Below, one piece after another: positions 24,101 to 39,878 of a stretch of 64,000 nucleotides of DNA. A program made the translations under genes and the position numbers. The notes beneath the pieces are model-generated. The model did no database searches and was not told the origin of the DNA. It saw only the letters and a program-made list of their open reading frames with translations. The DNA lies in NCBI RefSeq assembly GCF_040938485.1, contig NW_027271581.1, forward strand, positions 1,550,001 through 1,614,000. Reading direction: 5' to 3'. Position 1 is the first letter of the stretch, and every line of letters begins with the position of its first letter. The stretch is from Diadema antillarum (Eukaryota).

Positions 24101-25262
24101 TAGGTGTGTCTTTAGAATCCCTTTTTCATTTCTGAAAAACCTTGTCCACACTCTTCACTTTCAACTCTAATAACTTTTGAAAGGATAGGGCTACTGCTTT
24201 GAAAGTTGACATTAATTATGGACAGAATGTGTTAATGAGGCATGCTTAATTTCACTTTAATCTGATAATCTCTTCATTGTTTTTACTCTGGTGGTTTACT
24301 TCCTGTTTTTTGTCCCATTCACTGCACAGCCAGCACGGTTTGGTAAGGATTAAGCGCTTGAATAGACACTGTACTTCAGAGCCTCTTTTCTCAGTTCACA
24401 CTTTTCCTGAGTTTGTGCTTTCTTTCCAATATTTAGATAGGTTAGGAGAGTCCATTTGATTTAAGTTATACATCATTTTAAAGCTTAAAGTCTGCTCTTT
24501 CGGAATATGGTCTTAACTAAAAATTCATGTCTGGCGACTTTTTGTTTGTTTTGAGGTGCAGAGTCACAAATGCCTATTAAAGTTGAAAGTCTTTTCAAGT
24601 CCTCTTCTCTTTATATACTGATCTTATCCTTAATTCATAAGTCAAATTTTCTCTAATTCAAAGCCAGATTTCTTGACTGTATCTCCCCATTTAAAAGTGT
24701 TGTGTGATCACTGAACTTTGAACCGCTTAGCCATGCACAGCATTGTATTAGGTGAAGCATAATATGGGATTTTACAAATTATTTGCCTTTTTACACAGTC
24801 TCATTTGTTCATCTTTGCTTGCATTCCAAAAGGGCAACTGATTGCAATCCTCACCATAATGGCACAAACAGTATTCTTATTTCTTTCAGTGAGCTTCATT
24901 TGTATCCATTGAGCAATATCAAGTCATCACTTGATTTCCCTCCCCCGCCCCCCCCCCCCCCCCCCCCCCGAGTAGTGTTCACAGTCCTTTCTGATGAAGA
25001 AATACATGTAGATTGTTTGTTGTTTATATTGCCAGTAAGACTCCATGACATAACTAAGATCTCATATCCACAGCTATTGAGTGAACGTTGATAGAGTCCT
25101 CAGCCAGATTGTTTGATGTTTGATGTTGAACAGCTCATGGACCCTCACTTCAGTGTGGAAGAGATTCCAAGAGGAGAACTGCATCCAGTGTACAACAGCG
25201 AGGAAATTCACGTCAAGCAGTACAGGAGGAAAACAGATGTATCGGAGGACACTCTGAGCTGA
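18174..25262 (+). CDS. VCPKMT: Protein-lysine methyltransferase METTL21D / VCP lysine methyltransferase
   Basis: Exons 18174-18412, 21594-21704, 22616-22688, 23650-23769 and 25134-25262, all GT-AG and phase-consistent, give 223 aa. Motifs: DVGCVVWDAALVLAKYL, LELGAGTG, VILTDL, DLILMSDCVYYPE, CCYEERTIG. AATAAA at 25322-25327. Confidence 0.93.
18589..19217. mobile_element. Compound foldback element with 64-bp TIRs, two internal hairpins and a TTAGGG tract
   Basis: TIRs 18589-18652 and 19154-19217 differ at 2 positions. Inner inverted arms 18675-18716 / 18874-18913 enclose (TTAGGG)n at 18754-18852. A ~100-bp-arm palindrome spans 18949-19163. Confidence 0.85.
18754..18852 (+). repeat. Interstitial telomeric-type (TTAGGG)n tract
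   Basis: Ten perfect TTAGGG units plus variants (TTGGGG, TTAGGA, TTAGGT, ATAGGG). Confidence 0.9.
19253..19641. mobile_element. TTAA-flanked MITE (AGGGACTGTACA family), copy 2
   Basis: TTAA|AGGGACTGTACAGCACTGGTTGAGA ... TCTCAACCAAAAC..TTGTATCCCT|TTAA. Confidence 0.8.
19745..19993. repeat. MITE-like segment built from TTCGGA(A/T)TAACGAAC sub-repeats in both orientations
   Basis: GTTATTCCGAAG repeats on the left and TTCGGAATAACGAAC repeats on the right. Confidence 0.65.
20261..21512 (-). mobile_element. Tc1/mariner-type MITE interrupted by an AWWT-target MITE
   Basis: TA|TAGTGCACTCCCGTTACAAC ... GTTATAATGGGAGTGCACTG|TA. Reverse-colinear with 16318-16858 once 20727-21413 is removed. Confidence 0.88.
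20727..21413 (+). mobile_element. ~690-bp MITE with ATAT TSD (Sola1-like), family A
   Basis: ATAT|GTGACCGTGCACCTCAAAACGAACATAAAGTCGC ... GCGACTTTTTGTTTGTTTTGAGGTGCACTGTCAC|ATAT. Confidence 0.92.
21803..21966. mobile_element. Small MITE (GGCCCGTTGCATAAAAC termini)
   Basis: GCCCGTTGCATAAAAC ... GTTTTATGCAACAGGGC with internal TTACCG/CGGTAA repeats. Confidence 0.7.
23879..24567 (+). mobile_element. ~690-bp MITE with AAAT TSD (Sola1-like), family A
   Basis: AAAT|GTGACCGTGCACC ... GGTGCAGAGTCAC|AAAT. Nearly identical to 20727-21413. Confidence 0.92.
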
Positions 25263-25424
25263 TGCAGTACAACTTTTTGAGCATGGAATGGACTCTGATG
25301 GGTAGTGGAAAATTAAAAGCTAATAAAAGGGTTGCTTCCAGTGTATCAGCAGAAAAATACTTTATCTGGAATTTACAAGTAAATGAAGACAGTTTGATGA
25401 ATGCTGGTTACATTCTAGCTTTAA

Positions 25425-26181
25425 ACCTATTCTAACTGGGCTATTTGAGACCAAGTTTTTACTGGGGGGGTCAATTTGACCCCCCCCTTCAGATCTCGGC
25501 CACCGATCGCGCGATCGCCACAAAATTTTGCGTGAACATAAAGCCGGATGTCAAGTACAAGATTACGTGGTCACACAATAGAACAATTGGGATTTTATAT
25601 TTTTTAATAAATTAATTATGCAAATTTATGCATGAAATCATATTTTCACCTATAACTCCATCAAAAAGACTGAAGGATTGCTAAATTTTTGTGTCATAGT
25701 TCCTTAAGACACATCAAACAATTTTCTTGTAAAAGAATAGCGCAATCAAAATCAGTTTCTTTTGTTTTTTATTGTTTTGTTAATTTCTTATGTATTTCAT
25801 TGTTTTTTTCAACCTTTTGTTTTCTATTGTTTTTTGCCAAAATTTGTTGCAGGCACTTTTCCAAGCTTATCTACATTACAATTGATTAATTTCAATGGTT
25901 AAAAGTTGAAATAATCTAATTTATATCAATGAAACAAAAAAACACAATTTGCATTGGATTTGCACACAAAATCATGAATTTGAGCTGTTTTCGGGTTGAC
26001 ATGCATGTGCAAAACACTGCGTAACTTCAGAACGGTGTACCCGGACGTCGCAAATTTGGTCTCAAAATATGCAGGAGACTTTAATGAAAAAAGGCGAAAT
26101 CTTGGCGCGTTGCGGAATCGTGGCGCGAAATGTCGAGGGGGGGTCAAATTGACCTCCCCCCCCCCCCCAGTTAGAATAGGG
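25425..26181. mobile_element. piggyBac-like MITE (TTAA TSD) downstream of VCPKMT
   Basis: TTAA|ACCTATTCTAACTGGG ... CCAGTTAGAATAGGG|TTAA, with subterminal GGGGGGTCAA(T/A)TTGACC(C/T)CCCC palindromes at both ends. Confidence 0.8.
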
Positions 26182-26952
26182 TTAATTGTGACATAAGTTG
26201 TCAGTGACACAAGTTGTCACTTCCCAAGTGACCTCTTGCTAATGGGGTTCTTGTACGTGTAGATCTATACAAGACAAAGGCTATGGAAACTGTAGAATTT
26301 TTAAGGAAGGGGTTCAGCATTGTACTGGGGCAGCTGTCTAACCGGTTGTAAAACCATGTAAGTGACACATTCAAATTTAATGCCTCTTTCCATTTCCACC
26401 TTGTTGCTAGGAATTTATATTCATATTTGTACATAGATAAATATGAGTTGGGAGGAACCTGATGAAAGCAGGGCGATTGTCACGGTTGTAGGTCCTTGTA
26501 ACTACGGTGCCCTGCACACATTGGAAATGTATACTGTACAGTCACATGTACTTGTATCAGTGTGTTTGTATACCCAGGCATGTGTGCAGGTCCTATAGAT
26601 GCTCGTTCCGGATCTGCAGTGTGTAAAAGATTGTGCTACAATTTTATACATGTATTTATATCTTTTCTGCTTCTCCCATCTCTGCTGTAATTTCATCTCC
26701 ACAAATCAATGACCAACTTGTCTGCAACTGTGCAATATAGTGTGACATCAATCAGAGCTACCTTCAGTGACAAAAAAAAAAATGATATAACATGTACAAG
26801 AACAAAAACAAAAACAACAAAAAAAGTTATACCAGTATTGTCCTAAAGCTCTACCTCTGGGGAAGGAAGCACAGAAAGAATGAGAAATCAAAGATGTTAA
26901 AAAGAGAATTTGATTAGCTGACACTTTGCCATAGCTGCACTTAATAGGCCTA

Positions 26953-27120
26953 CAGTGCACTGAAGTATAACTAAATTCCAGTTACAACAAAGTAAAAATT
27001 CAGGCTCCAACATTATACGCTCTATGTTCTTTATTGTTTATTTATTTGGTTGTAATGAAATTTCCACATAACGAAAGAAACTGCCTGTCCCAGGCACTTT
27101 GTTATAACAGGAGTCCACTG
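26953..27120. mobile_element. Decayed short copy of the Tc1/mariner-type MITE
   Basis: TA|CAGTGCACTG..TATAAC ... GTTATAACAGGAGTCCACTG. Confidence 0.6.
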
Positions 27121-27877
27121 TGTTGACATTTCAATTCAATCAATTCAACTAAATGGCTATTTTGTTATATCTTCATCGTATTGGACAAATACCATGATGG
27201 GATTCCCATCATTCTTTTGTGTGCATATTTATGTATGATGCAGTTATAGTGCAAAGTGTATACCTGTATAAATATTTTTTTTTTCCTCTCTCAATTGAGA
27301 TTTTCTCAACAATAAAAAAAGTCTATGTGTCAATATCTGTTGTATTTCAAAACATTTCAGGCTAATTTCATTTGTCTTTGGCTGTTTTTATCTCTCTCAC
27401 GCTCTCTCTGGGAGTATGCACTGACAAACAAATACAAACACATACACTGTACATGAATTTCACAGAAATGCATGTACATGTACACTGTACTGTATTTGTT
27501 TCTCATGCCATGTAGATCTCTTTGTATTAGACTCATAACATAGTGGAATCTACCTGGTAATAATATTAGACTTTATTAGACTATATACAGAACTGTACAA
27601 TAGATGAACTTACATATCTTTATACAAGTATTCTTGCACTAATCTACACGTTCAGTATGTCCAAAGGAAATTTCATTGTAAAGTTTGAGTTTGTGACCAG
27701 ATATGACCTCTGACCATGGCTCTCTTTGGGCAGTGATTATTTCCATGGATGCCACATAATTAGCTCACATTCCATAATGCCTGCTCAAAGTTGCCTTAGT
27801 TGTGTGTCATAAACAATTTGCATTTTTGTTTTATTTTTTTTTTTACTTTTTTTTTTTTTACAGCATCATCGCTTTAA

Positions 27878-28271
27878 AAGGGATGGTACAAAGTTGTACA
27901 GTTTGGGTTGAGATAGGGCTTCAGGTTTCCAAAGTTTTTTATGATCATTTTTTTGAGATAATGAGAAAACTCTTCTGAAATATGAAAGAGCATGGGAGGA
28001 ATCCAGAGTTTATTTGATGAACATTAGTTTTGAAATGGCTGAGATATAAAAAAAAAAGTAAAACAAAGTAATCCCGGCAAAAGGATCTCTTTGAAATAAA
28101 TTTGAATTCCTCTTAGAATTGTACGCTCTTTAACATTTTATGAAGTGTTTTCTAAGTACTGTATCTCACAGTGTGCGAGTATACTCTTAGGAGGTTCTGC
28201 ACAGTATAGGAAGAAGAATAAGTGAAAAGCTGAATCCTCATCTCAACCAATACTACACGTATACAGTCCCT
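27878..28271. mobile_element. TTAA-type MITE (AGGGACTGTACA family), copy 3
   Basis: Interior is homologous to 14420-14809 and 19253-19641. Ends ATACAGTCCCT. Confidence 0.7.
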
Positions 28272-29155
28272 CTAAGGTGTAAATAAAGGAAATGCCGACA
28301 GGAACAGGAAAAAAATCAAGAAACAAAGTACAGTGTAGGTTTGTGGACAATGAACACTGTAACACATTTGCTGTTTCAATGCTGACGTAATATGGATTGT
28401 GGTAACTGTCTGGAATATATGTTATAGAAGTACAATGTATGTACTTTGATAGCAAGTCTAAATTTCATGAATCGGACTTTCAGACAATTTTGGCGGTGGT
28501 GTAATTCTGTAAAATGTACTCCATACAAGTCACCTTCATGTTGGGATCAAACTGAACATTTTCACATGCTCGTAAAATATGCGAAAAATAAAAACCTGGG
28601 GGGGGGGGGGGGAAGAGGGAGGAGAGGAGGAATATAGCAACGTACTTCTCCAAGATAATGGTCAGGGCAGCACTGCCTATTAACACCTGTTTGTTTGTTT
28701 GTTTTTTAACAATGATGGTCTATTGGTAATCTTCCCTTCCACGTCATGCTGCAAACACTGCAGGCTGAAAATGACCAAGCTCAAAAAATGGAGCAAAGTG
28801 GCACTGAAAGAGTGCAGAAAAGCCTTCACTGTAGTAATCCAAACACAGGTCATAGCCTATAAAATACATTTTTATGACTTCAGATGCATAGTTGTGACTT
28901 TTGTGTACAGTGTGCCATGAGAGGGGTACATGAGAGCCTGTACAGTGTATTCAACCAATGTCTGTGAAGACTTTATGTGCTATGACTTGAAAGATCAAAG
29001 CATTACACAAACAAAACAAACAGCTTCTGATAACTCCATACATGTATCCTGAAGGCTAAATGTCCCAGTCGTGCGCACCAGCACTCTTAGCTTCAAAAAC
29101 GCATAATTTAGTCCATTGAAAAGGTCTCATTCCTCTTGTGTTTGTCTCGTAATGA

Positions 29156-32511
<3,356 letters not shown>

Positions 32512-32869
32512 TTTCAATTGCAATAGCAAGAATTCCGACCTTTACGACTCACTTCGCAGCAGCGTTTCTCGATCTCCAATAGAAACCGTCGTAGATGGCG
32601 CAAAACAAAATACTAATTCGGTATGCAACCCGCAGGGCCAAGGATCATGAGTCGCATCGGGATCAACGAGTGCGGACCATTTTGAAGTTGACAAAGATAA
32701 TACAGTGTATATATTTTTTTTTCGTTTTGGCGTACTATTTTCCGTTGTCCGCGGGGGATTCAATGCATTGTGCTGACCCAAGCTTACATATTTTCCGTCA
32801 CCTGAACCCTGAATTCCTCTCACCTCAAAGAAAAATAATAAATCGTGTTAGTAACACTAGATAAAGATA

Positions 32870-35797
32870 TACCTCAAACGAATAAATCAAAAGGTATATG
32901 ATTATCTGAGTATGGTCATGATGGTAGAGAGTAGTGCAACAGATTACTTAGTATATCGTCACCCACTTAGGGTGACAGACTCTACGTCGTCTGTTATTGA
33001 TCATATTTATACTAATGTGTATAGTCATACAATTCATTCAGGTGTCATTGAGACAGATGTGTCAGATCATTTTTCCAATTTTTTTGTCTTTTTTGAAAAT
33101 GGGAATAAAAATACGAATGCTTTTGTGCGGAAATTTGCCCGATCCTACAAGTCATTTAATGCCCAGTCATTTCACGAGGATCTATATAGGAAAAATTGAA
33201 TGGGCACATGTATCTAGATACGAAAATGTAAACACAGCTTATAAAATCTTTCATGATATGTTTGAGAAAATATGTGATAAGCATGCCCCTACATGTATCC
33301 CAGAAAAAGAACAGCCCAAAGAAACCTTGGATCTCATCAGCGATTCTTAAATCCATCAAGAAGAAGCACATCTTTAATATACAAAAACTATAGGTCATCA
33401 AATTTTAGTGACGAATACGGAAACAAGTATAAAAGGTATCGAAACACTTTGGTAACAGTTATTGAAAATGCAAAGAGATTGTATTATTGCAATTCTTTTA
33501 ATCGTAACAAAAGTAACATGACAAAGACCTGGGATATCATTAATGAGTTAATTGGTAGAAAGGTTAAAGATAAGCATTTGGATATAGAAGAGTTAACTAT
33601 TAATCAAGGTGGGATTGAAAAAAAGTTATATCTTCTAACAATGAAATAGCCCAAGAACTCAATAACTACTTTGTCACTGTTGGGTCAACAATTGGCAGAA
33701 CGAATACCAAATGGGCCTCCTAATAGTTGTTTTCAAGATTATTTGGGTGTAAGAAATACTAAGTCTTTGGCTTGGAAACCTATAAGAGAAGAAGAAATTA
33801 TGGATATTATATGCTCTTGATGATACAAAGTCTCGTGGTTATGATAATTTGTCAATAAGATTGATGAAGGACGCAGCACAATATATATTGTTTCCCCATT
33901 GACTTATATCTTTAATCTGTCATTAGAAATGGGCTAATTCCCTGATGCACTTAAGATTACAAAAGTGACGCCTTTGTTCAAGAAAGGTTCGAAAGATGAC
34001 CCAGGTAATTACAGACTTATTTCAGTTCTGCCAGTAATTGCAAAAATTTTCGAGAAATTAGTCAATGGTCGTCTAATGGACTTTTTAGAGTCCACTAAAA
34101 TTTTGTACAGACACCAGTATGGATTTCGTAAGACATACAGTACAAAATTATCATTAATCAATTTGTTTAATACATTAATACACTCAAATGATAAAGGTGA
34201 AATAACCCTTGGTATATAGATTTCAAAAAGACGTTTGACACAAGCAATCATCGCATCCTTTCAGCGAAATTAGAATATTATGGCATAAGAGGCATTGTGT
34301 TGCAGTGGTTCCTAAATTATCTCTCAAACCGATCGCAGGTATTGTGCTACAAGAATGAAATATCCAGTAGTGGAACGATCACATGTGGAGTACCACAAGG
34401 ATCAGTGCTGGGACCCACACTGTTCCTATTATACATCAATGATTTACCTACCTCATCGAACTATTTTCAGTTCAGACTATTCGCTGACGATTCAAACATT
34501 TTTCATACATTTCCCAAAGGTACAAAAGAAATTGATATGAATGACGTAAATAGAAAATTGAATGAGGTACAGGAATGGTGTATTGTAAATAAATTAACTA
34601 TTAATTTGAAGAAAACAATGATTATTAAAGGACCAAGACAACCAATTGCAATTAAAGGTGTGTTAACAGACTCTGAAACGGTTATAGAAAGAGTACATGT
34701 AGCATCTTTTGTAGGAATCCAAATTAATGAGACCTTGATGTGGAAGGATCAGATTCAGTATATCAACAAATGCATTAGGCGCAAAATTGGCTTAATTTTT
34801 AAGTTAAGATACTTTATTCCAAGGCATGTTCTCATGCTTTTATAAAAATTCTTTATACAATCACATATACTTTTGGGAATTGAAGTATGGGGAAGTACCT
34901 ACAGAAGCCACTTAAATTGTATATTTTTAGCACAAAAAATGGCCGTGAGAGCAATTACATTTCCCCCTTAAGAACAAGTTCTAGGCCATTATTCACCAGT
35001 CTAGGGGTGTTAGATGTTTTTGACCTGCATAAGCTTGCAGTGTCAACCTTTGTATATGATCTACACAAGGCACATTTACCACATTCTGTAACGCAATATT
35101 ATGAGCCAATGAATCATGCATACAGGACTAGAGGCAAAGATCATTCCATGCTTTGACTTCCGAAATGTAAAACGACACATGGTACATTTTCTATATCTTT
35201 TGTCGGGTCAAAGTTTTGGAATAGTTTGCCCAAAAATGTTCAAGAGGGTAGAACAAGATCTTCATTTCGAAGAAACCTAAAAAATCAATTGTTAAATGAA
35301 GTTTAGTGATGAAAAGAATATTCAGTGTTTAGTTTAATGTACTTTTATAGTACAGTTACTTTAAAAGAGTAGACCTTGCAATAAGCAGCTTAAATATACA
35401 TGTAGCTATAACGGGAGAACCATTCTCGACTAGCACTTGTGCTAACTTTTGGTTCCCCCTTTAACAACATTATCTTCTGTTTTTCTATATCTTTTTCTAT
35501 ATTTTTTTTCAGAACCTTTGTCTATGCGTATGTCTACATTACATACTTATTCATACTCTTTGCCTTTTTAGTGATAAATGTATCACGACGAAACTAAATC
35601 TATCATACCACATGTATTCTTATGTAAGATAAATATAAGTATGTAAAATATATGCTTGCATAGCTGTAAGAACCTTGTACAAAATCATTGTATTCTCATT
35701 AAAAAAAAAATCATGTTATTGTATCTTACCCTATGGAATTTCATGTTATCATGTTATCATATTCACATGTATGTTGTAAATAAACTCAACTCAACTC
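32870..35797 (+). mobile_element. 5'-truncated, decayed L2/Crack/CR1-group LINE
   Basis: APE fragment (SSVIDHIYTN, TDVSDH) and RT fragments (PLFKKGSKDDPGNYRLISVLPV, GVPQGSVLGPTLFLLYINDL, LFADD) in several frames. Ends in an AATAAA(CTCAA)n tail at ~35779-35797. Start is approximate. Confidence 0.9.
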
Positions 35798-35849
35798 CAA
35801 AAAAAAAAAAAAGTTACAAGAACGGGTCATTCGAATAATATCTCGGTTC

Positions 35850-36488
35850 CGCAGCACACCAAGTCCTCTGTTTTTACAAACAAAAATATTGCCAATTGAT
35901 GACTGATGTCTTTGGAAATTGCTAAGCTTATGTTTCTATTATCATGCAACAATTATTTACCCAAAAGTATTCAATGAGTATTCTATTTTGAATTGTTCAT
36001 TTCTTGATTACAATAGGCCTACTAGTAAATTTTTTAATGTTCGTAACATTCATTCTCCCTTCAATCGTTATAAAATTTCACAGTTTTCCTTTTTTTTTCA
36101 TAACAGTTCAATTCTTTCGAAAAAAATTAATTTGTCAAATTCTTTTAAGTATAAATGCAAGTCTCTAAATCAATACAAGAGAATTTACAAAAAGCAATAT
36201 TGTTTGATGAACATGTAGCTCAGTGTAATTTATGAAATATTTCCTTCTTTCCTTCTTCTATTTTCTATATCCTTATTATTATTTTGTGTGTGTGTGGTTT
36301 TTTTTTTAATAAAACGAAACGATATACTTTTTCTAGGGCATCACAATGAACAAGCCTATTTTGTGTGCTTTTTACTCCTCCATTATCATTAGTTGTATGT
36401 TGATGTTTTTTTGTGCGTGTATTACCAAGGCACTGCTGTTGTTAATGCCTGATGTGAAATGTGGAAATAAACACAATTCAATTCAATT
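35850..36488 (+). mobile_element. 3' fragment of a second LINE
   Basis: ORF2-end-like peptide (...FKYKCKSLNQYKRIYKKQYCL) then a 3' UTR ending AATAAACACAATTCAATTCAATT. Confidence 0.5.
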
Positions 36489-36612
36489 ATAGGACGTAAG
36501 TGTGTACTGTATAGGACCTATAAATGACCAAAATCAGTGTGCAATTGCATCACAAGTTCAGAGTGGTTACTAATTTCCATTGTACAACAAAATCTCAGAT
36601 CAGTAATAAATG

Positions 36613-36613
<1 letters not shown>

Positions 36614-36671
<58 letters not shown>

Positions 36672-36672
36672 T
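36614..36672. repeat. (CTTT)n microsatellite
   Basis: Direct reading. Confidence 0.95.
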
Positions 36673-38558
36673 CAATCTGTCTTTTTAATCAGTCTAGATC
36701 AGGTCTAGTATATCTAATACTTTTATCACTGAGGGTTGCTGAGTTTGGTATACACTTCATATGGGTTAGTTTGCTATTCTTGGGACGGAATCAAAAATGT
36801 ATAGTATAGACTTTAACAATACATCTTGTTTCGTTTTCGATTTCCATTACATAATACCAACATCTACGTCCTCTCTTTGATTAGTGCTCTGTCGTTTTCA
36901 TTCATCCAGCTTGTCTCAGTAGGAATGCCTAATTTACTTTCCATTATCTCAAGTATCTCCTCGTATATTGAAATAATTTTGGTTCAGCTATAGGCTCTTG
37001 CCTCGATCCTTTCTTCTTTATCTTTCAGAGGCTGCCTTCTCTCGTTGGCCTTGGGGACCATCACTGTCCCGAATCCATCGTGTCTAATAGGTTGCATTCT
37101 TTTTTTTTTATTGGAAGTGTTTTCTCGTTAGAAACGTACATTGTTTCAAAACCAGGTTTTATGGTTAGAATATTACCAAAAACGCAACTGCGATTTGCAC
37201 ACGGTTTATAATGATTTATGATTCAATCATTGCCATTGATTTTTGATCCCCAAACATGTCAATTACAAGTCTTTTTTTTTCACGATCAAAATAAATTGCA
37301 TACGTTTTGAAATGCCTCCCGCCCCACAAAATCTTCCTTCTTAATGGGAGATTTTGACGTTGACATTGGTTTCTTTCTATTCATTCTGCTTTTAAATCAA
37401 TCACCATTGCTCACATTTTTGATATTCTGTACTTTCTTTTGCATTGCCCGGCGGATTTTTTTTTTTTTTCAATTCAGATTTTATCAGTTCTGATTAGGGA
37501 TCATTTTCTAATCGTGTCATAACTATCTTTCGGTTAATGCTCATTATTCCAAAAGTACACTATCTTGAATGTTCTTAGATACTCAATACATATTAAGAAT
37601 CATAAACAGGAGGTCAAAAATGGGGGTTCGTTATTATAGGATCTTAAGTGTGTTGTGTGTGTGTGTGTGTGTGTGTGCAGGAAGAGAGCACTTCCCAGTC
37701 TGGTTTTAACTAATATAATCAAATAGGGGGGGGGGGGGGTAGGTTGATAGGTTAAAAATAATCAATTTCTTCAAGTTAATTCAAGTATGAGTTTTTTTTT
37801 AATAGTTTTGTTTACTGCAGGTTTTGGGAAATGATGTATTCAAAGGGAGTGTGAGGGAGTTTATGTAATGAGGCAGATATTGATTAATTTGATCACGATC
37901 ATCAAGATTTCATTTATTTTATGTCCATGAAATATAGATTTCTCATGAATCAAGTGAAATGAATAATTTCGCATCCATAGAGCACACATTTCAAAACGAA
38001 ACACAGAAGATAATTAATTTTAACAACACACATGTCATTAATGCATTCATAAATAACACTGAAATCTTAACACTCAATAGCAAAAAAAAAAAAAAAATCT
38101 ACGACCTGAAATGCTTCCACTAAATAAAACCTACATGTATAAGCCTAAATAGATATGGAAAATGGATCCAACAGTGTATTTGCCGTATATACCTGTATAC
38201 TATTTTGTATTATGTTTATGCTCATAAAAAGATATGAGAATCTACAAGGTAGAAAATGCCAGTGCCTTATACCACCATAACTGAATTCCAAACTCAATAG
38301 AAGCAACAATGATTCACAGCCATCCCTCAGATGTAGTGTTTCTCTATTTAAGAGTTATGCAGAATTTCCTATAATTTTTGTATGTAGGGTATGCTCTACA
38401 AAAGAAAAGTATGTTAAAAAAAAAGTGATCAACCTGACACCACACGTGTTTGTGTAATGAGGCAGATGTATAATTGGCTTGATTAAGTAGATCAAGATTG
38501 CTTTTTCTGAGAGTCATGCAGAATTTTATCTCATTTTTCTTATACATGGTGTGTGGAG

Positions 38559-38689
38559 CCGGGAAATGTGCAAACGCCGGGAAATGTGCACATTTCATCA
38601 ACGGGATATGTGCAAACATGATGCCGGGAAATGTGCAAAAGTTCAATTTTGACGGGAAATATGCAAACGTCGCCGGGAAATGTGCAAAC
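38559..38689. repeat. Array of CGGGAAATGTGCAAAC motifs (6 copies)
   Basis: Motif repeated with short variable spacers. Confidence 0.85.
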
Positions 38690-38890
38690 AATTTACTTTA
38701 GCAATTCTGTGTATAAAGATGGTAGATAAACTCCGTGTCAAAACTGCGCATGAACCTCCGCCTTTAATATTTTCTTAATAAGATCCTTGACAGATTTTCA
38801 ACAAAATTGGCAGGTAGCACCTTTGTGGTGATGGGATCTCAATTTATTTAGATTAGTCATACCCCCCCCCCCCCAAAAAAAAAAAAAAAA

Positions 38891-39720
38891 GGGGGGGGGG
38901 ATGAACCTCAAAGTCCCGGAACTATACGGTTTTATCAAAATTCTTCTTATATTCTATAACCAAATGAAATAGAGCTTGGTTGGTGCTATAAAGACATTGA
39001 TGACAGTACTTCGAGTTTACTGGCATATCCAGGGAGCAGGGCATGAGGCCATGGGATGGGGAGGCTTCAACTCTCCTCCCTAGCCCCCTTTCGGGGGGGG
39101 GGGGGGGGAGTTGAAGCTTAAGATTCCTAATGTCTGGAATGTTTAATCTTCTTATGTCAAACCGAAAAAGATAGAACTATACGTTAATGCAGCTATAATG
39201 CACACACCGTAGTTATTGAAATTTCAGATTTGATGATGACGGATCGAGGGGTGCCCTGATAGGGGGTGTGAGGGGGAGGAGGAAGATTTTCCACATTTTC
39301 TGTATGTTCTTGAAAAATCGTAACGGATTTTCACCTAACCTGATTTTGATTTATTAGAATGATCCCCCTCCCCTCCGAAGAGGAGGGGATGGGGGGGGGG
39401 GGGGGAGTTGAAGCCTCAAAGTCCCTAAACTCTGATTTTTTTAAATCTCCTGTAGAACCGAAAAAGATAGAACTAAGTTAGTGCTATGAAGACATTAATG
39501 ACTGAAATATCCTGTTTAATTATGGCGGGTGCAGGCTGGGGTACCCTGATCGGGGATGGGTTGGGTGAGGGGGAGGAGGGAGATTTTCAAAATGTTCTCC
39601 ATCTTCTTAAAAAAGAAAAATCTGTGACGAATTTTCACCGCCCCAACCCCAAAGGTTGGAAGAGGTGGAGCCGGAGCCGGAGCCCCCCCCCCCCCCCCCA
39701 TCTCAGTACCTCGAAAAGGA
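38891..39720. repeat. Diverged 200-300 bp tandem repeat punctuated by G-runs
   Basis: G-run + AGTTGAAGC/ATGAACC at ~38900, 39108 and 39405. AACCGAAAAAGATAGAACTA at 39160 and 39456, with a variant at 38958. Confidence 0.7.
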
Positions 39721-39878
39721 CCGAGACGAGGAGGTGGGGTCGTTCGGGCGGACTTCAGAATTTCAGGTATTTCTTGCAAAAACCCTACGCATGACAAAAG
39801 GAATAGGCCTATATATTTCAAGAAAATTTTGGGACATCTAAGAGTAATAGAACACAATTCTATCACATTTTTGGAAGG

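Noticed and set aside
21123-24459. Repeated 60-aa ORF MLLLWWFTSCF... (21123 and 24277)
   Set aside because: It lies inside the non-autonomous 690-bp MITE, has no transposase motif, and is conserved only because the copies are recent.
36880-37080. Possible coding fragment on the minus strand (IYEEILEIMESKLG...) or RT-like GSCLDP on the plus strand
   Set aside because: It is short and bounded by stops, with no convincing splice sites or recognisable family motifs.
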